From: Eledone cirrhosa
Lineage: Eukaryota
Assembly (NCBI GenBank): GCA_964016885.1
Contig: OZ024756.1
Location: 26,288,001 to 26,352,000, forward strand
Length of the DNA: 64,000 nt
Direction of reading: 5' to 3'
A model generated the notes under the pieces. That model was not told where the DNA came from, searched no databases, and saw only the letters and a program-made list of their open reading frames with translations. Both the position numbers and the translations under genes were made by a program. Shown piece by piece: positions 1 through 14,629 of this stretch (the stretch's first letter is position 1; the number at the start of each line of letters is the position of its first letter).

Positions 1-289
1 GGCACATGGTTTAGTGGTTAGAGCAGAGGTTCTCAAACTTTTTGGGCCACGATCCCCTTCAAGGCCACATAATACCCCCAACACCCCCAACCAGAGAGAA
101 AATTGTAAATAATATATAATAAATAAAATCGTTAATTTATATATAATAAATAATATAATATATACTATGTATAAATAAATATTATATATTTTTTATTTTA
201 CTATATTTATATATAACATGTATCACTTGATATTTAATTTACTATTATATCATCTTTATCACCCCCTTAGGCTACTGGATCATCAAGTG

Positions 290-700
290 TGACCAGCCAA
301 GCTCATGGATGTTATCCAACCATCTTGCTCGGGGTCTTTTGCCGGCTGGTTTTGCCCGTAAAATCTGTCCAGCGATTCTTTCCTGAGACATTTTAACCAC
401 ATGCCCTTAATATCGGAGCAGTGATCTCTCAATTTGGAGAAGTAGCGGCTTTACCTGGAGTGACTCTCTGATCTCCGAGCTACAGATCTGTCCAGGGATT
501 CTTTCCTGAGACATTCTAATCACTTGTCAGTAGTATTGGAGCTGTGATCTCTCAAATCGGAGAAGTAGCAGCTCTACCTGGAGTGACTTTCTGATCTATG
601 AGCTATGCATTTTATCGAGTAACGTTACTCCAAAGACCCTTCGGAGGAATCCCATTTCCAGCCGAATGTCATCAGTGTTGTCACTGCTGTAAACAGCAGT
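290..700 (-). mobile_element. Degenerate RTE-like LINE 3' fragment with internal ~110-bp duplication
   Basis: Minus strand reads like decayed RTE RT C-terminus (YY/YxGHVxRM...GKRPRARW); same family at ~17920-18670 on +. Confidence 0.5.
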
Positions 701-785
701 GTTCTTTCCACTTCTCCCTGAACATATTTCACAACCGCAACTATAACTGTCATTTTATTATATTTGTTCTTCTTTGTTTTGACAG

Positions 786-938
786 GACATTGCTAATTCT
801 GACAACCTTGACCAACTTCAGTCAATGATTGGACTGTGTCCTCAAGAAAATGTTATACACGAAAACCTGACATGTAGGGAAAACCTGAGGACTTTTGCTG
901 CTCTTAAGGGTCTTTCTGATGAGAAAACTGAAAAAGAG
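786..938 (+). CDS. ABCA5: ABCA exon: NBD1 Q-loop ([22 protein letters not shown]...TEKE)
   Basis: tttgacAG acceptor, GTaaat donor, 153 nt, phase 0/0. Confidence 0.9.
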
Positions 939-3900
939 GTAAATTGTTATGGAAATGTGTCAGCAACCAATGTTGCAAATACTGTGACAAAAATTTTTTA
1001 TAAAAAAAAAAATGATAAATATAAAGTGCTATATGTAATTGCTATATAAATAGCAAACTGCTATATAAATGGCAAACTGCTATATGTAATTGCTATATAA
1101 ATAGCAAACTACTATATAAATGGCAAACTGCTATATGTAATTGCTATATAAATAGCAAACTACTATATGTAATTGCTATATAAATGGCAAACTGCTATAT
1201 AAATGGCAAACTGCTATATGTAATTGCTATATAAATGGCAAACTACTATATGTAATTGCTATATAAATGGCAAACTGCTATATAAATGGCAAACTGATAT
1301 ATGTAATTGCTATATAAATGGCAAACTTGGTAGAGCATCAAACAAAATGCCCAGTGCTGTTTGTTCTGGCTCTTTTTTGAAAAATCTAACCCTCTTCCTC
1401 ATATTGTTTCACCCCCTTTTCAAGATGGTGGTGGTGGGGGCACTGTTTACAGATCTAAACCCCCCTCCCCATCACATTGCCACACCTCCAATTGAAAGCA
1501 GGCATTGTTTACAAATCTAACCCCTAGTGCCACACCCCTAATTGAGGGCAGGCACTGTTGACAGATTTAACTACATGACGACACACTTCTGATTGAAGTA
1601 AGGCACTGATGAGAGATCTAACTCTCCTGTCAGTTCCATACCCCAAATTGAGGGCAGGCACTGTTGATAGATTTAACCCCTTCCTCTCTCTTGCAGGGTC
1701 ACACCCCAAATTGAGGGCAGGCACTGTTGATAGATTTAACCCCTCCCTCTCTTGCGGTGTCACACCCCAAATTGAGGGCAGGCACTGTTGATAGATTTAA
1801 CCCCTCCCTCTCTTGCCGGGCCACACCTCAAATTGAGGGCAGGCACTGTTGATAGATTTAACCCCTCCCTCTCTTGCAGGGCCACACCTCAAATTGAGGG
1901 CAGGCACTGTTGATAGATTTAACCCCTCCGTCTCTTGCAGGACCACACCTCAAATTGAGGGAGGAGCAGCTGTAAATGCTAATGTTCTTCCTGCCTTTAT
2001 TTCCAGATTGATTCCCTGTTGAAAGATCTCAGTCTCACAGAGAAAGCTGATGTGTTTTCAAAAAACCTGAGTGGAGGGCAAAAACGTAAACTCTCTGTTG
2101 GACTTGCTTTCATTGGTAAACCAAAGGTTAGTAAATACACATATATATACACACATATACACATATGCATATATACACTTACACACACATACACACAAAT
2201 ATATACATGTGTGTGTTATATAGGTATATGTGTGTGTGTGAGGTGTTCTGTTTCATCCAAGAACTAAGATATATGATAAACTAGCAGAGGCACTCGGTGT
2301 TGTTTGGGAATCCTCATTAGAATGGTGGATTTTTGAAATTGGAGAACACTTAATTAACCCTTTAGCATTTACATTATTCTATATTTACTATCACATTTTC
2401 ACAGGAAAGGATTTATCTTACATAATTATCTCATATAATATCGAATCTACAAGATTTTGATGTTATTTATTTTGAGAACAATACCTTAATGTAGGTATGA
2501 GTGGCTAGTTACAGCTGGTTTGAACAGATAGAGGTGAGAGAGTTCTGTTTAGATATGGTTGGTTTAAATGCTAAAGGGTTTCCACAACAGTAGAAATTGA
2601 TAAAGGATCAAAACATCCTTCAGTATCAAGGGATATTTTTCCTTCAAGTTTCAGAAGCTTTCGAGCAAACTCTGAAAAATTATTGTCATTGTGAAGTTGT
2701 GCTTGCATGTTGGCTTTTAACCCTTTAGTATTTAAACTGGCCTTATCCAGCCAAAATTCTTTCACCTCTTTCTGTTCAAACCGGCTGTAATGAGCCACTC
2801 TTATTGATGTTAAGGTATTGTTCTCAAAATGAATAATATTAAAATCTCATAGATTCGTTATGTGAGGTAAAGCCTTTACCATGAAAATACAATAGTAAAT
2901 ATAGAGTAATGTAAATGCTAAAGGGTTAAATTGAGTTTGGTAATACATGGACATAAAGTTGATGATTTTAGGCAATCTCCTTTGATATCACAAGTAAAGT
3001 TTGTCGGAAGTCCCCCAATAAAACAGCAGTTATTTCTCTCATGATTGTTGTGCTATTCTAGAAATCTTTCAGTGTTCAGTCCAAAATTCGGCTTTGTTTT
3101 TGTGTTTCAGATTGTATTTCTGGATGAACCGACAGCAGGAGTTGATCCTTTATCTCGTAGAAGCATGTGGGAATTGTTAAAGAAATATAAGAAGAACCAC
3201 TGTATTTTATTAACTACACACTTTATGGACGAAGCTGACATCCTCTCAGGTAATTACTCATTTCAAATTTCTAATGCAAACAAAAAAAACCCAAACAAAA
3301 TCCCATTTTCAAAGGTCAACAAATGAACAAAATTGTGTATATAATTAGTGGACGACATTGTTAGGACTGCCAAAAAAGGAGTGCCAGAAGTGGGGGGAAG
3401 GTCTTGCCGGAAGCAAGGCACCAGTGATGTCACAACAAGGTTTGCTCCTCTGCTGCTTTCTGTTTTTCATGAGGCCATAGCCTGATGTGGACGTGTTATG
3501 ATTGTGTGTGAGAGAAGCCGGACATCGGTCATGTGGACATCGGTGCAGTGGACATTCAGTCTGGGTTCAAGTGGAGATGCAAGGCAATATTGTTCACAGG
3601 GAATGGGAACACCAGGCAGAAGACAGAGAGAAATGGAGAACAATCATCAAAACAGCTGCAGCCAGCAGGGGAGCAGGGCAGGAACGTGGCAGCTGAAGAC
3701 AACGATCAAAGAGAGCTGTCTGCCACCCAACCACCAACTGATCAAGTACACACTTGCCCCAACTGTACCAGAGCATGCGGAGCCAGGATTGGCTTCTATA
3801 GCCATCTCAGAATATGCTACTGCTCAGAACAGGACAATAATTCTTCCCACTGATCTTCGCAAACAAAGAATTTGTCATTCATTCATATGTGTGTGTATAA

Positions 3901-4452
3901 TCATCGTCATCATCATTTAATGTCCACTTTCCCTGGTAGCAAGAGTTGGACAGGTCTTCATAGACTGAGTTAGTACTGAAGTGGGCTACTGACCTCCCAG
4001 ACAGGCTGCGGATTTTGCATCTCGCTTGCATATAGTTTCATGTTCTACCAAGTGCATTTTATTTTAGCATCTGCATTAGAGAGGTTGTCATATCTTTAAC
4101 ATAACTGAAGGGTCCTCCTTTCCCTCTGTTTGGCAATTTTCCATAGCAATTTTCCCTTCCTATCACCAACCACTTAACATCGTGAACTGGGTGTACTTGT
4201 CATGTAGATCACCAGTACTAAAGAGGTTGTCATATACTTGACACTTCTCCAAAAGATGCAACAATAATATTTTCTGACACAGTATGAAGTATACATAACA
4301 CCAATTCAAATTTCATAGGTATAAAATATTATTGTATCAAAACATGTCTTAGAATTATTAATAAATGAAATATTGAATATCAACATCTCTGTCTCCATAA
4401 AATGTTCACAACCAACCAACCAGCCAACCAACCTACCTCCCTGCCTGCCTAT

Positions 4453-4483
<31 letters not shown>

Positions 4484-4648
4484 CAGATCGAAAAGCCATC
4501 ATTAGCAAAGGGAAACTACAGTGTTATGGTACTTCTCTATTTCTCAAGTATAATTATGGAATCGGTTACCATTTAAAGTAAGAAATATTTTTTTGTCATT
4601 TTCTTTCATATGAACATACACGTGTGTAACACACATGTGTATATATAT

Positions 4649-4724
<76 letters not shown>

Positions 4725-7445
4725 TATATATATATATATCATCATTTTCATCATCATTTCATTTTACGTCCGCTTTTCCCTGCTTGCAAGGGTGGGACGG
4801 TAACTGATATATATATGTATGTAAAAGGTAAACAAAAAAAACAACACAATCGGTACAGTATATGGAAGGAATATATTAGGTTAATGCTTGAAATACCAGG
4901 AAGAGGGTCTCAATGTTTCGGACGCTAGTCCTTCATCAGAAGAAAGAATGAGAAATAAGAAAGATTGAAGGGACGGCGGGGTGGAATTGGAAAAAATGTC
5001 TTTATATATATATAACCTGTCTGTATTTTTTGTTGTTGTAGTATTAATGTGGTAACATACCTCTGGTCACAATATTCATTGTGTCACTATTACCTAACTT
5101 CCTGTGTTCACACTGAGGAGAAATTTATTAATTACTCTATCATTGAGTGCTTCGTGACAGTCTTCGGAGATGAAGGCTAATCTGCTACTTGCAGCTGCAA
5201 CTTCGTATCGACTATTTTAATTATGCATTAAAGTAATGATTGCATTTCTTTTCCCCTCTCCCTCTACTCTGCCAACCACCCCATTCAGTTTACTGACCAA
5301 TACAGCCACATGCGACATCAGCAAGGTCCAAGATCTGATGGACAGCCATAACGCGTCTATTAAGCTAAAGCGAACTCATGGTGCTGAGGTTTCCTTTGTT
5401 GTTTCCACAGAAACAATTGACCAAAACAAATTTCCAGGTATTTCCAGTTCACTCTCTTTAATTTTCTTTCTTGTTGTTATTGTTGTTGTTGTAGATATTG
5501 ATGTTGTTGGTGTTATAGTAATAGTTGTAGTTGTTGTTAGTGATGGAGTAATAGTAGTAGTTGTAGTTATTGTTGTTGTGGTTGTTGTTAGCTTCAATGT
5601 CAGTGTTGTTTATTGTTGTGGTTGTTGCTGTTGTAACTCTCCAACCAAATTCTTGGCAATTGCAAACCTCTATGCTAACATTTTGGCCAAAATGTTGAAT
5701 TCTGTGTCTAGTAGAGTTGTTGGCCTCAAGATATCTGTGTGATCCCTCGCCTCTTGTATGGGTCCTTTCTCAACAGCACCACCACCTTACTGCTCCCAGA
5801 ATTCAAATTTTCCTGTTCTGTTGCCAGTTGGTGTAGACATTTACTAAGATGCCCCCAATCAAGTCTGGCATGTAAAACTCAGAGACAAGACCATCAAAAC
5901 CTGGTTATTTTCTCCGATACCAGGATTTAAAGTGGGAGTTAAAAAGGATTTAGGACTGTCATATGATCAAGGTCATCCCGATTGTCATAGGAGCTCTAGG
6001 TACTATCTCAAAGAGTTTCCAAGGATGGTTAAAGAACATTAGTCATGTCCCCCTTTTTTGGAACACTTCAAAAGGCATGCTTGCTGGGAACAGCAAGAAC
6101 CCTCCGATACATCCTGAATATCTGAGGCTGCAGGAAGCAGCTTGATGTTCATTTGAACAAAGTTTCCAGTTAAATAACATCAATGACTTAGACTCCAATA
6201 ATAATAATAATAAATAATGCTTTCTTTATTAACCACAAGGGTTTACATAAAGTAGACATTAAGGACAGTACAGGACAATACAGGACGGTACAAATGGGCA
6301 TTTCTGCGTGTAAAAAACAAAAACAGAGGATGTAACAGAAAAATAACAATGAAAAATTCCCCAATACGGGGGAGACTTCCGAGGGACATTTGTGGAGAAA
6401 GCCCATTAAAAAGCCACAGTGACCCTGACCACCAGGGCAAGTGCCTCTCCCAGTTTTCCACCTTTAATTTACAGACACATACTCAGGCCATTCTTGCCTC
6501 TCTCACCCATCTTTCAACAAAATGCTGGAAGAGAGCACTTCCCTCTCTACCCTGATTTTCCTTTTCAAATGAAATTGAAAAAGTTAATCAGGGCATCACC
6601 GAAGAGGTAAGTGCTCGTCTTCAGCCCTTTCAAACGTGTCCACCCATACTATCTCTTTCGCCATGGCCACCAGACAGATAAAAATTGACCTGCCCTTCCC
6701 GGCTAAAGGAAGAGGGCGGGGCAATCCTCACGATGGACTCAGCTGATAGCTGCATCCGTCCTACATGCGACAGCAGGTGTTCGACATAAACCCACAAGTC
6801 AGCAATGCTCGGACACTGGACGAGTGCGTGCAGGACGGTTTCGTCGCCCTGCGCGCATCTCGGACATGCCCCGCTGACAATAATAATAATAATAATAATT
6901 CAATTGCTCCAATTTCAGATATACTTCGCTCTCTGGAAAAAGAAGAAATGGTGTCTCTAAAGCTGAAAGTCTTGGTATCAAAACATATGGCGTTTCCATG
7001 ACAACTCTAGAAGATGTATTTTTCCAAATTGGTAATTTTATTTTTTCATGAAATATTCATTTATTCTTTCACTGGTTTCAGTCATCAGACTACAGCCATG
7101 CTGAGATACCTACTTGGAGGCATTCAGTCAATCATATCAACCACAGTACTTATTATTTCTTTTTCAAGTCTGATGTCTGATACTTTAAAGAGTAAACGTA
7201 AAATGTACACACACACACACCTATATATATATCTCTTTAACGATCGACTTTCGTCAAATCGGACCGAGGGAACAATGTTTCCGTTGGTCTTTCCAATTGC
7301 TAATACTATCTATCGGTCGCAACTCCAGGTAGAAGGAGCAACGTGAAATAAAGTGTCTTGCTCAAGGACATAACGCATCGCCTGGTCCAGGCGATGCGTT
7401 ATGTCCTTGCGAATCCAATTCTCTAACCACTCCACCACACGCCTT

Positions 7446-7515
<70 letters not shown>

Positions 7516-7966
7516 TAAATTATTGATGTATTGTTTTATTGATATTTTTTATCTGTTTGTCCCGAATCTTCTATTATCGATTTTTTATCGTATGGTTGAT
7601 TGTAGACTTGTTCTATGTGTGACGGTATTTTAACGATAGTTATAGCTCTGATTCAATTGAATTATTGAGCCCTCTGCCGCTCATTTCGAATATTGTTTAT
7701 CGTGAACTCGTGCGCCGATTTTTCGATACTCGATCTTTCTAATATATATATTTTATGTATAATCTGGGCGATTACGCTGTCGAAATATTCGATAAATATT
7801 CTGTCGTAGCCGACGCGAGGGGCTAGTTTCGGTTATTTGTTGGAGATTTCTTCATAGAAGCCTTATTCTTATAGCCTGGTCTATTCGATTTTTTATATAG
7901 TTAATTATGCTAATTGGGAGAGGAAATGGTATATATTTTATCTGGTGATTCTATAGACATGTTTTA

Positions 7967-8018
<52 letters not shown>

Positions 8019-8960
8019 TTTTAATCGGGTAATATTTACTATTACCCATATTATATATACATACTTATATATAGCTACAATTATATATATATAATTGTTT
8101 CTACTTTAGGCACAAGGCCAGCAATTACCCAGTGCATTACTGGTACTTTATTTTATCGACCGCGTAAGGATGAAAGCAAAGTCAACCTCGGCGGGATTTG
8201 AACTCAGATCGTAAAGGGACGTAACTATGCTGGAAAGCATGGCGTCCGACCCTCTACTGATACTGCCAATCCACCGCCCTTACATGTTACATAATATAAT
8301 GTTCCATATATTGGTTTTTACTATGGTGTCTTGGTTGTATCAGTTTTCAGCCATAATCAAGCAGTATTCATCTGTCGAGGCTGCATTGTGTGAGATCTGC
8401 CTATGGGTAACGAGATTATCCCGTTATTTTAATTTATATTCCTTTGAAATTCCGATGAGCCACTCTGTTTTTTAAATATGTTAATTATTTTCAACTGAAC
8501 CAGATCAATTATGATATATAGTCATCTGATCCAGAAATATTATATGGAGTAGCGAAACAATTGTAAACGGACATTATTATTAATATTATTCCGGGGTCGA
8601 TAGAATAAAGTACCAGTAATGCATTGGGTAATTGCTGGCCTTGTGCCAAAAGTAGAAACAATTATTATTAATATTATTATTATTATTCTCTATATTCCTT
8701 ACATCAAACTAAAATATGTTGACAATCTTTTAATAATGTCTTCCTTGTGAAATTTGTGGCCTTGTTTTGCTTAACTAATGAATATTTCCAGCTCTGCGCA
8801 CCTAACTTCTGCATGAACCCAGCCACCTAGCTGCTTTCTACTGCATATTGCACATTGAGCACATGCCTTTACGCTTTGGCTTCTAACTAATTCACCAATC
8901 TCTCCTCTCATATCTCCTCTACTATCTCCATCTCTCTTTTTAAGATTGGTTACTCTTGAA

Positions 8961-9003
<43 letters not shown>

Positions 9004-9551
9004 TATAACGGTTTTTTCTTGTAATGCTTGGGATAAGTGCGTCCGTTGAATTCTAGGCCCGTCGTTGGTCATTCTATATGGTTGTTTGTGTCAGGTTGGT
9101 TCGTCCACAGATTTGATGTGATTTTTGTTGTGTTAATACTGGTTTCAGGATCAAGCAGACTTGGAGTCTGTCTGGGGTGCCAACCAAGATCACGAGCCAG
9201 CTGTTTGAGAAACATTTGTAACCAGGATTGAGCAATAAATCTCCTATTTAACCCTCTACTTTCTTCCTATTATATATATATAAACATCAACATCATCACC
9301 GTTTTACGTCCATTTTTCCACGCTATATATATATATGTGTGTGGTTGGTGTTAGGAAGGGCATCCAACCGTAGAAAACCTGCAAGATAGTCCTATACGAG
9401 CGAGACACGGTCACCTGACCAATCTTGCCTTTAGTGGGACAATTCCCGTCTAACCCATGTTAGCGTGGAAGATAGACGTTAAATGATGATTATATCATCA
9501 TCATCATCATTACCGTTTTACGTCCATTTTTCCACGCTAACATGTGTGTAT

Positions 9552-9587
<36 letters not shown>

Positions 9588-12500
9588 CAGGTTAGTTTCA
9601 GTTATAAACTGGTTAGACCATTACTTACCAGAGTACTTGATACTTGGGGTAGTAGAGTATGTTTATATGAATGAGTCATGACTCTGATGAGGTAGTTTCC
9701 TTCTACCAAATTTCACTCATAAGGCATTGGTCCAACCTTGGCTATATTAGAAGACGTCCCCAAGGTACCCCACAGTGGAACACCCATAAACCCACACAAA
9801 ACCCCACTGAAATTTTAATGTATAACATAGACCATCATACAAACATTATCAAAAATAATGTAAAATCTGTTATTAAAATATCTAAACCATTCAACAATTT
9901 TCAAATCTAGTTTTTGTTTTTCTTTTTAGGTCAAGAAGAATCAGTGAAAGAAGAGACGGAAGACCCAGACAGAAAAGAAGACGAAAGTATAAACAATATA
10001 ACCAGTATCCCCAAAGTAAACTATAGAAAAAATATAAAGTTTCAACAGTATGTTGCTCTCTTGAAAGTGTTTTACATGAATCATCTACGGTTGCCAATAT
10101 TTGTGGTATTTGGAATAATTCTACCAAACATTCTCGTTCTTGTCAGCATTTTGCTCAACAAATATATGAACACAACTACCGATGACAACATACCAATACC
10201 TCTCAACATTTCTTCAATGATTCATGAGTACGCAGGCAAATTCATACCAACAAAGCCAGCATTTTTAATTTACAATTCAACAAGAGGTAAGCAGTGGATT
10301 TTGTTGATTTTTTATAAAGCATTTTTCAAATGAAATGAAATATTACAGCTGACTTCTATATAGGCTTAACTGGATTCTTAATAACTGGCCATGTGATAAA
10401 GGAGTTCACTTCACAACTACATGATTCTGGGTTCGGTCTTGCTGTATGTTACCTTGGGCTAATGTTTTCTATAGTCTCCAGTATCTTGTGAATAGAATTC
10501 TTCTTCTTCTTTGGCCAAGTTTACACAAAGATTCAGCATGCTTTCTCCAATTGTCCCGGTCGAGTATGACATTTCTCAGTTCGTCGATGTTAACAATGTT
10601 GGCATCTCTCAGCAGGGTATCAATGAATGAGTCGGCCTGTCTTCCCGCGCTTCTTCGTACGACCGCCGGTTTCCAGAGCACACGTGATGCTATCTCTTCT
10701 GGATGATGGATGCAGTGCCTAGCCAGTTTCATTCGTTTGCAGGCAACTTTTTTTGTATAAAGTAGATTTTAGTATACATAATCTCCCCCCCCCCCCCCCC
10801 CCCCCTACACACACACATATATGCATGTAAAAGTAATAACAAACATAACAAAACAAACTGCACAGTACATGGGAGAAATATATTAGTTTAACGCTTTGGA
10901 CACTACTCCTTCATCAAAAGACAGAGTTAGAAATAGAAGATAAATAGAAAGTAAAGAGTGGCTTAGTGGTTAGGGACTATAAATTATGATTGTAAGGTCA
11001 TGGGTTTGATTCCTGGGCCAGGTTGTGTGTTGTGTTCTTGAGTAAAACACTTCATTTTACATTGCTCCAGTATACTCAGTTGGAAATGAGTATCAATAGG
11101 AGCTGGGGGTTTAAACCAGCTTCCAAGGGGAAGTCATGTATTCTAGGTCACCTAATGCCAAGGAAACCAGGATAAGCACAAGCATAATGAGCCGCTGGCC
11201 TTGAGACATACTTTAGAGACATAGTTGTTAAGGTTCGTCCACAGATTTGATGTGATTTTTGTTGTGTTAACACTGGTCTGAGGATCAGGCAGACTTGGAG
11301 TCTTAAGAATCATTAGAGCATTGGACAGAATCCTTTGCAGCATTAATTTATAGCCCTTTACATGTGATTTCAAATCCCGCTAAGGTTAACTTTTCTTTTC
11401 ATTCTTCTGGGGTCAATAAAATAAAGTACCAGTAAAGTACTGGGGTTGATATAATCAACCTACCCTACTCTCCCAAATTGCTGGCTTTGTCCCTAAATTA
11501 GAAACCACTAGCAGAAAAACCACCCTTTGGGTGGTTTTCTGCTAGCATGTGTAGTGTGCATATTGATATTATACGCAAATATATATGTATGTAGATATAT
11601 GTCAAATAAAATTGTAATTGACGATTGACAATATCCACAGAAATTGAAAAAAGACTGTGTTACACTGTCTTCTGTAATCAGTAAAGTAATCCATGATACA
11701 TTTAAAAAAGACGATATTATATATAGACTGCATTATGGTGAAATGTAATATAAACGTTATGATATAATGATGCAAATATATGAACGTTTATATAAGCGAT
11801 ATGATGTAACGTCCATTATATCATAACCGAAAGTATTGACATTTGAAAATTTTAAAAGAAGTGAATCTTAAATTAAGCAATCATTATATATAATAATATT
11901 TATGTTTAATCAACAGCTATGAAATTTAGTAGATAAATTATGTAATATCCATTCATTATTTATTCAAAGTAATCCAACCTATTTTACTAATGGGATAAAA
12001 AAATATATTCAGGACACAGTCCCGCACTCCTCCGTTTATTATATTATGATTGTTAAGATTACCATCTCTATTTTTGCTGTTATACAGGAAATGTGCCTAT
12101 TGACAACCTCACAGACTACATAGCTTCCATTGTGTTCACCAATAGGACTGATGTTAATCTGCTCTCTGTTGCCCCTCATTATATTGGTGGTACTTTTGAC
12201 AGATTCACCTTCAATGTATGGATCTTGTTTATTTTTATTATTTATTTTAACTATTATAATCTTCTTCTTCTTCTTCAGTAGGTTCATATTAATAACATCT
12301 TTATAAAAATTATAATTTTTTCAATTATTATTCCTGTTTCAACAGTTTTTCATGTCTAATTACGGCCCTTTATGATCTGAGTTCAAATTCTGCTGAGGTT
12401 AACTTTGCCTTTCATCCTTACGAGGTCGATAAAATAAAGTACCAGTCATGCACTGGGGTTGATTTAATCAACTTTCCCCCTTCCCCAAAATTGCTGGCCT

Positions 12501-13596
12501 TGTGCCTATATTATAACCATTATTATAATTAGGTTTAGATATACATTTATACGTAAAGATTCTATTCTTAGCTAATCTAAATGTAAGGTTAAACCATATT
12601 TTATCATTATTGACTGATCTAGATAGAGCTTCATTATAATGTGTAGCATTTTTGGGGAAAATTTCTTGATTGGCCAAGAGTTTTGAGATTCTACCTGATA
12701 TATTATTAACTATAGATTTGATGATCGCTCTACGGGGATTAGAATTTTTATGTATATAATAAAGATTTATGATATAGTGTAAATATTTTATTGTTTAACC
12801 CTTTAGCATTTAATCTGATTATATCCGGCCAGAATTCTTTCACCTCTTCCTGTTCAAACCGGCCATAACCAGCTACTGAAACTGATGTTAGGGTATTATT
12901 CTTAGAATAAATAGCATCAAAATCTCATAGATTTGATATTATGTGAGAGAATTAGGTGAGGTAAAGTGTTTACCATGAAAATATAATAGTAAATATAGAG
13001 TAATGTAAATGCTAAAGGGTTAAATCTAGTGTAACATCTAAGAAATTAACTACCTTTGTAAAATTTTCTACTGTTATATCTAGGTTATAATGTTCAAAGA
13101 ATTTGTACATACATTTTTTTCACTTTCTCCAAGACAGAACTACTGAAATTTTCGAAAGTGAAGAACGCAACATCTTTATATATACCTACTTCTATAGTAG
13201 GGAAGTTTGGTTTTAATTTATTGATGAGAAATAGGCCTACAAGATTGGTTACTTAGGCTGAGTCACTCAAGCTCATCGTAATGACAAAGTTTTTCTGTTG
13301 ATTTTTTTCTAGTCCAGAGGCTTCCATTGAATGCTATGATTATATGTCTGGCTGCTAAATTATATCTAATTCTAATTTCGTAATATTAGTATATTCTACA
13401 GCCATAGAAAGTGCTTTGTTGAGGAGGTTAGGTGAAATGGAAGGATAGTAATTATCTATATCAAACTGCAAGAATTGTATCTTATTTTTGTTCTCTAAAT
13501 TAATGAACCATTGAATGACTTCATTATTGTTGCCCCATAGGTTAAGTGCAGTTTTTAGTTTAATATCGAGAATGATTCTGTCTACTAATATTCTGT

Positions 13597-13653
<57 letters not shown>

Positions 13654-14563
13654 GAGAGAGAGAGAGAAATATATGGAACGCTTCATGAAACAATCAAATT
13701 TGTGAAGCGTTCCATATTTTTCTATACATTTATTTATATAGGTATGTGAACAGTAAACAGAAAATAACAAAGCCAACCATACAGTACAATGAAGATATTT
13801 ATTAGTTTAATGCTTGATATAGTAGGAAAAGATTCTTTAACATTTCAGCTGCTACTCCTTCATCAGAAGAAATAGAAGGATGAAGGAGAGTAAGAAGAGT
13901 AAGAAATATATATATAACATATATATATATATATATATGTATGTAATAAAGCACTGATAATTATTTCAGAAAATAAAACAAAATAAGTAATGTTTTTACC
14001 CAGTATATATCAATATATATATATATTATTCAAAATGTTAATAAATGAAAAATATTCTCATAATCAAAATATATATTTTATTATACATATTTCAAAGGTA
14101 CAATGGTGTTTAAGTGCATTTTCACCAGACAAAATATATGATTTGATACGTGACATACCGCTACGGTTTTGATTATTCAATTCCAGTACTGCCAATACTG
14201 GAATTGAATAATCAAAACCGTAGCGGTATGTCACGTATCAAATCATATATTTTGTCTGGTGAAAATGCACTTAAACACCATTGTACCTTTGAAATATGTA
14301 TAATAAAATATATATTTTGATTATGAGAATATTTTTCATTTATTAACATTTTGAATAATATTAAAAAATCCAGGAAAAATCGTCTGTTGAGTGCTTCTAA
14401 TCTGTTGTAATAGTGTATTCGTTGAGTTATACCATATTAATCTTTGGTTATATATATATATGGAGGGTTGATCATATTGACATATTGACATATTGACTGA
14501 TCTATAGCAGTTATACAACTGTATACTATCAGACCTCATATATAGATTCGATTAGACCATCTT

Positions 14564-14629
<66 letters not shown>

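Noticed and set aside
1435-1960. Regular ~60-bp repeats resembling a CRISPR array
   Set aside because: No unique spacers and no cas genes; it is an intron of an animal gene, so an ordinary minisatellite.
7510-7965. TA-flanked CpG-rich block, possibly a PLE 5' fragment
   Set aside because: No recognisable motif in any frame; left unassigned.
9670-9700. CTGATGAG as a hammerhead core
   Set aside because: It aligns to GACCCCGACGG of the GC-hairpin family, so CpG decay explains it; no stem II or GAAA follows.
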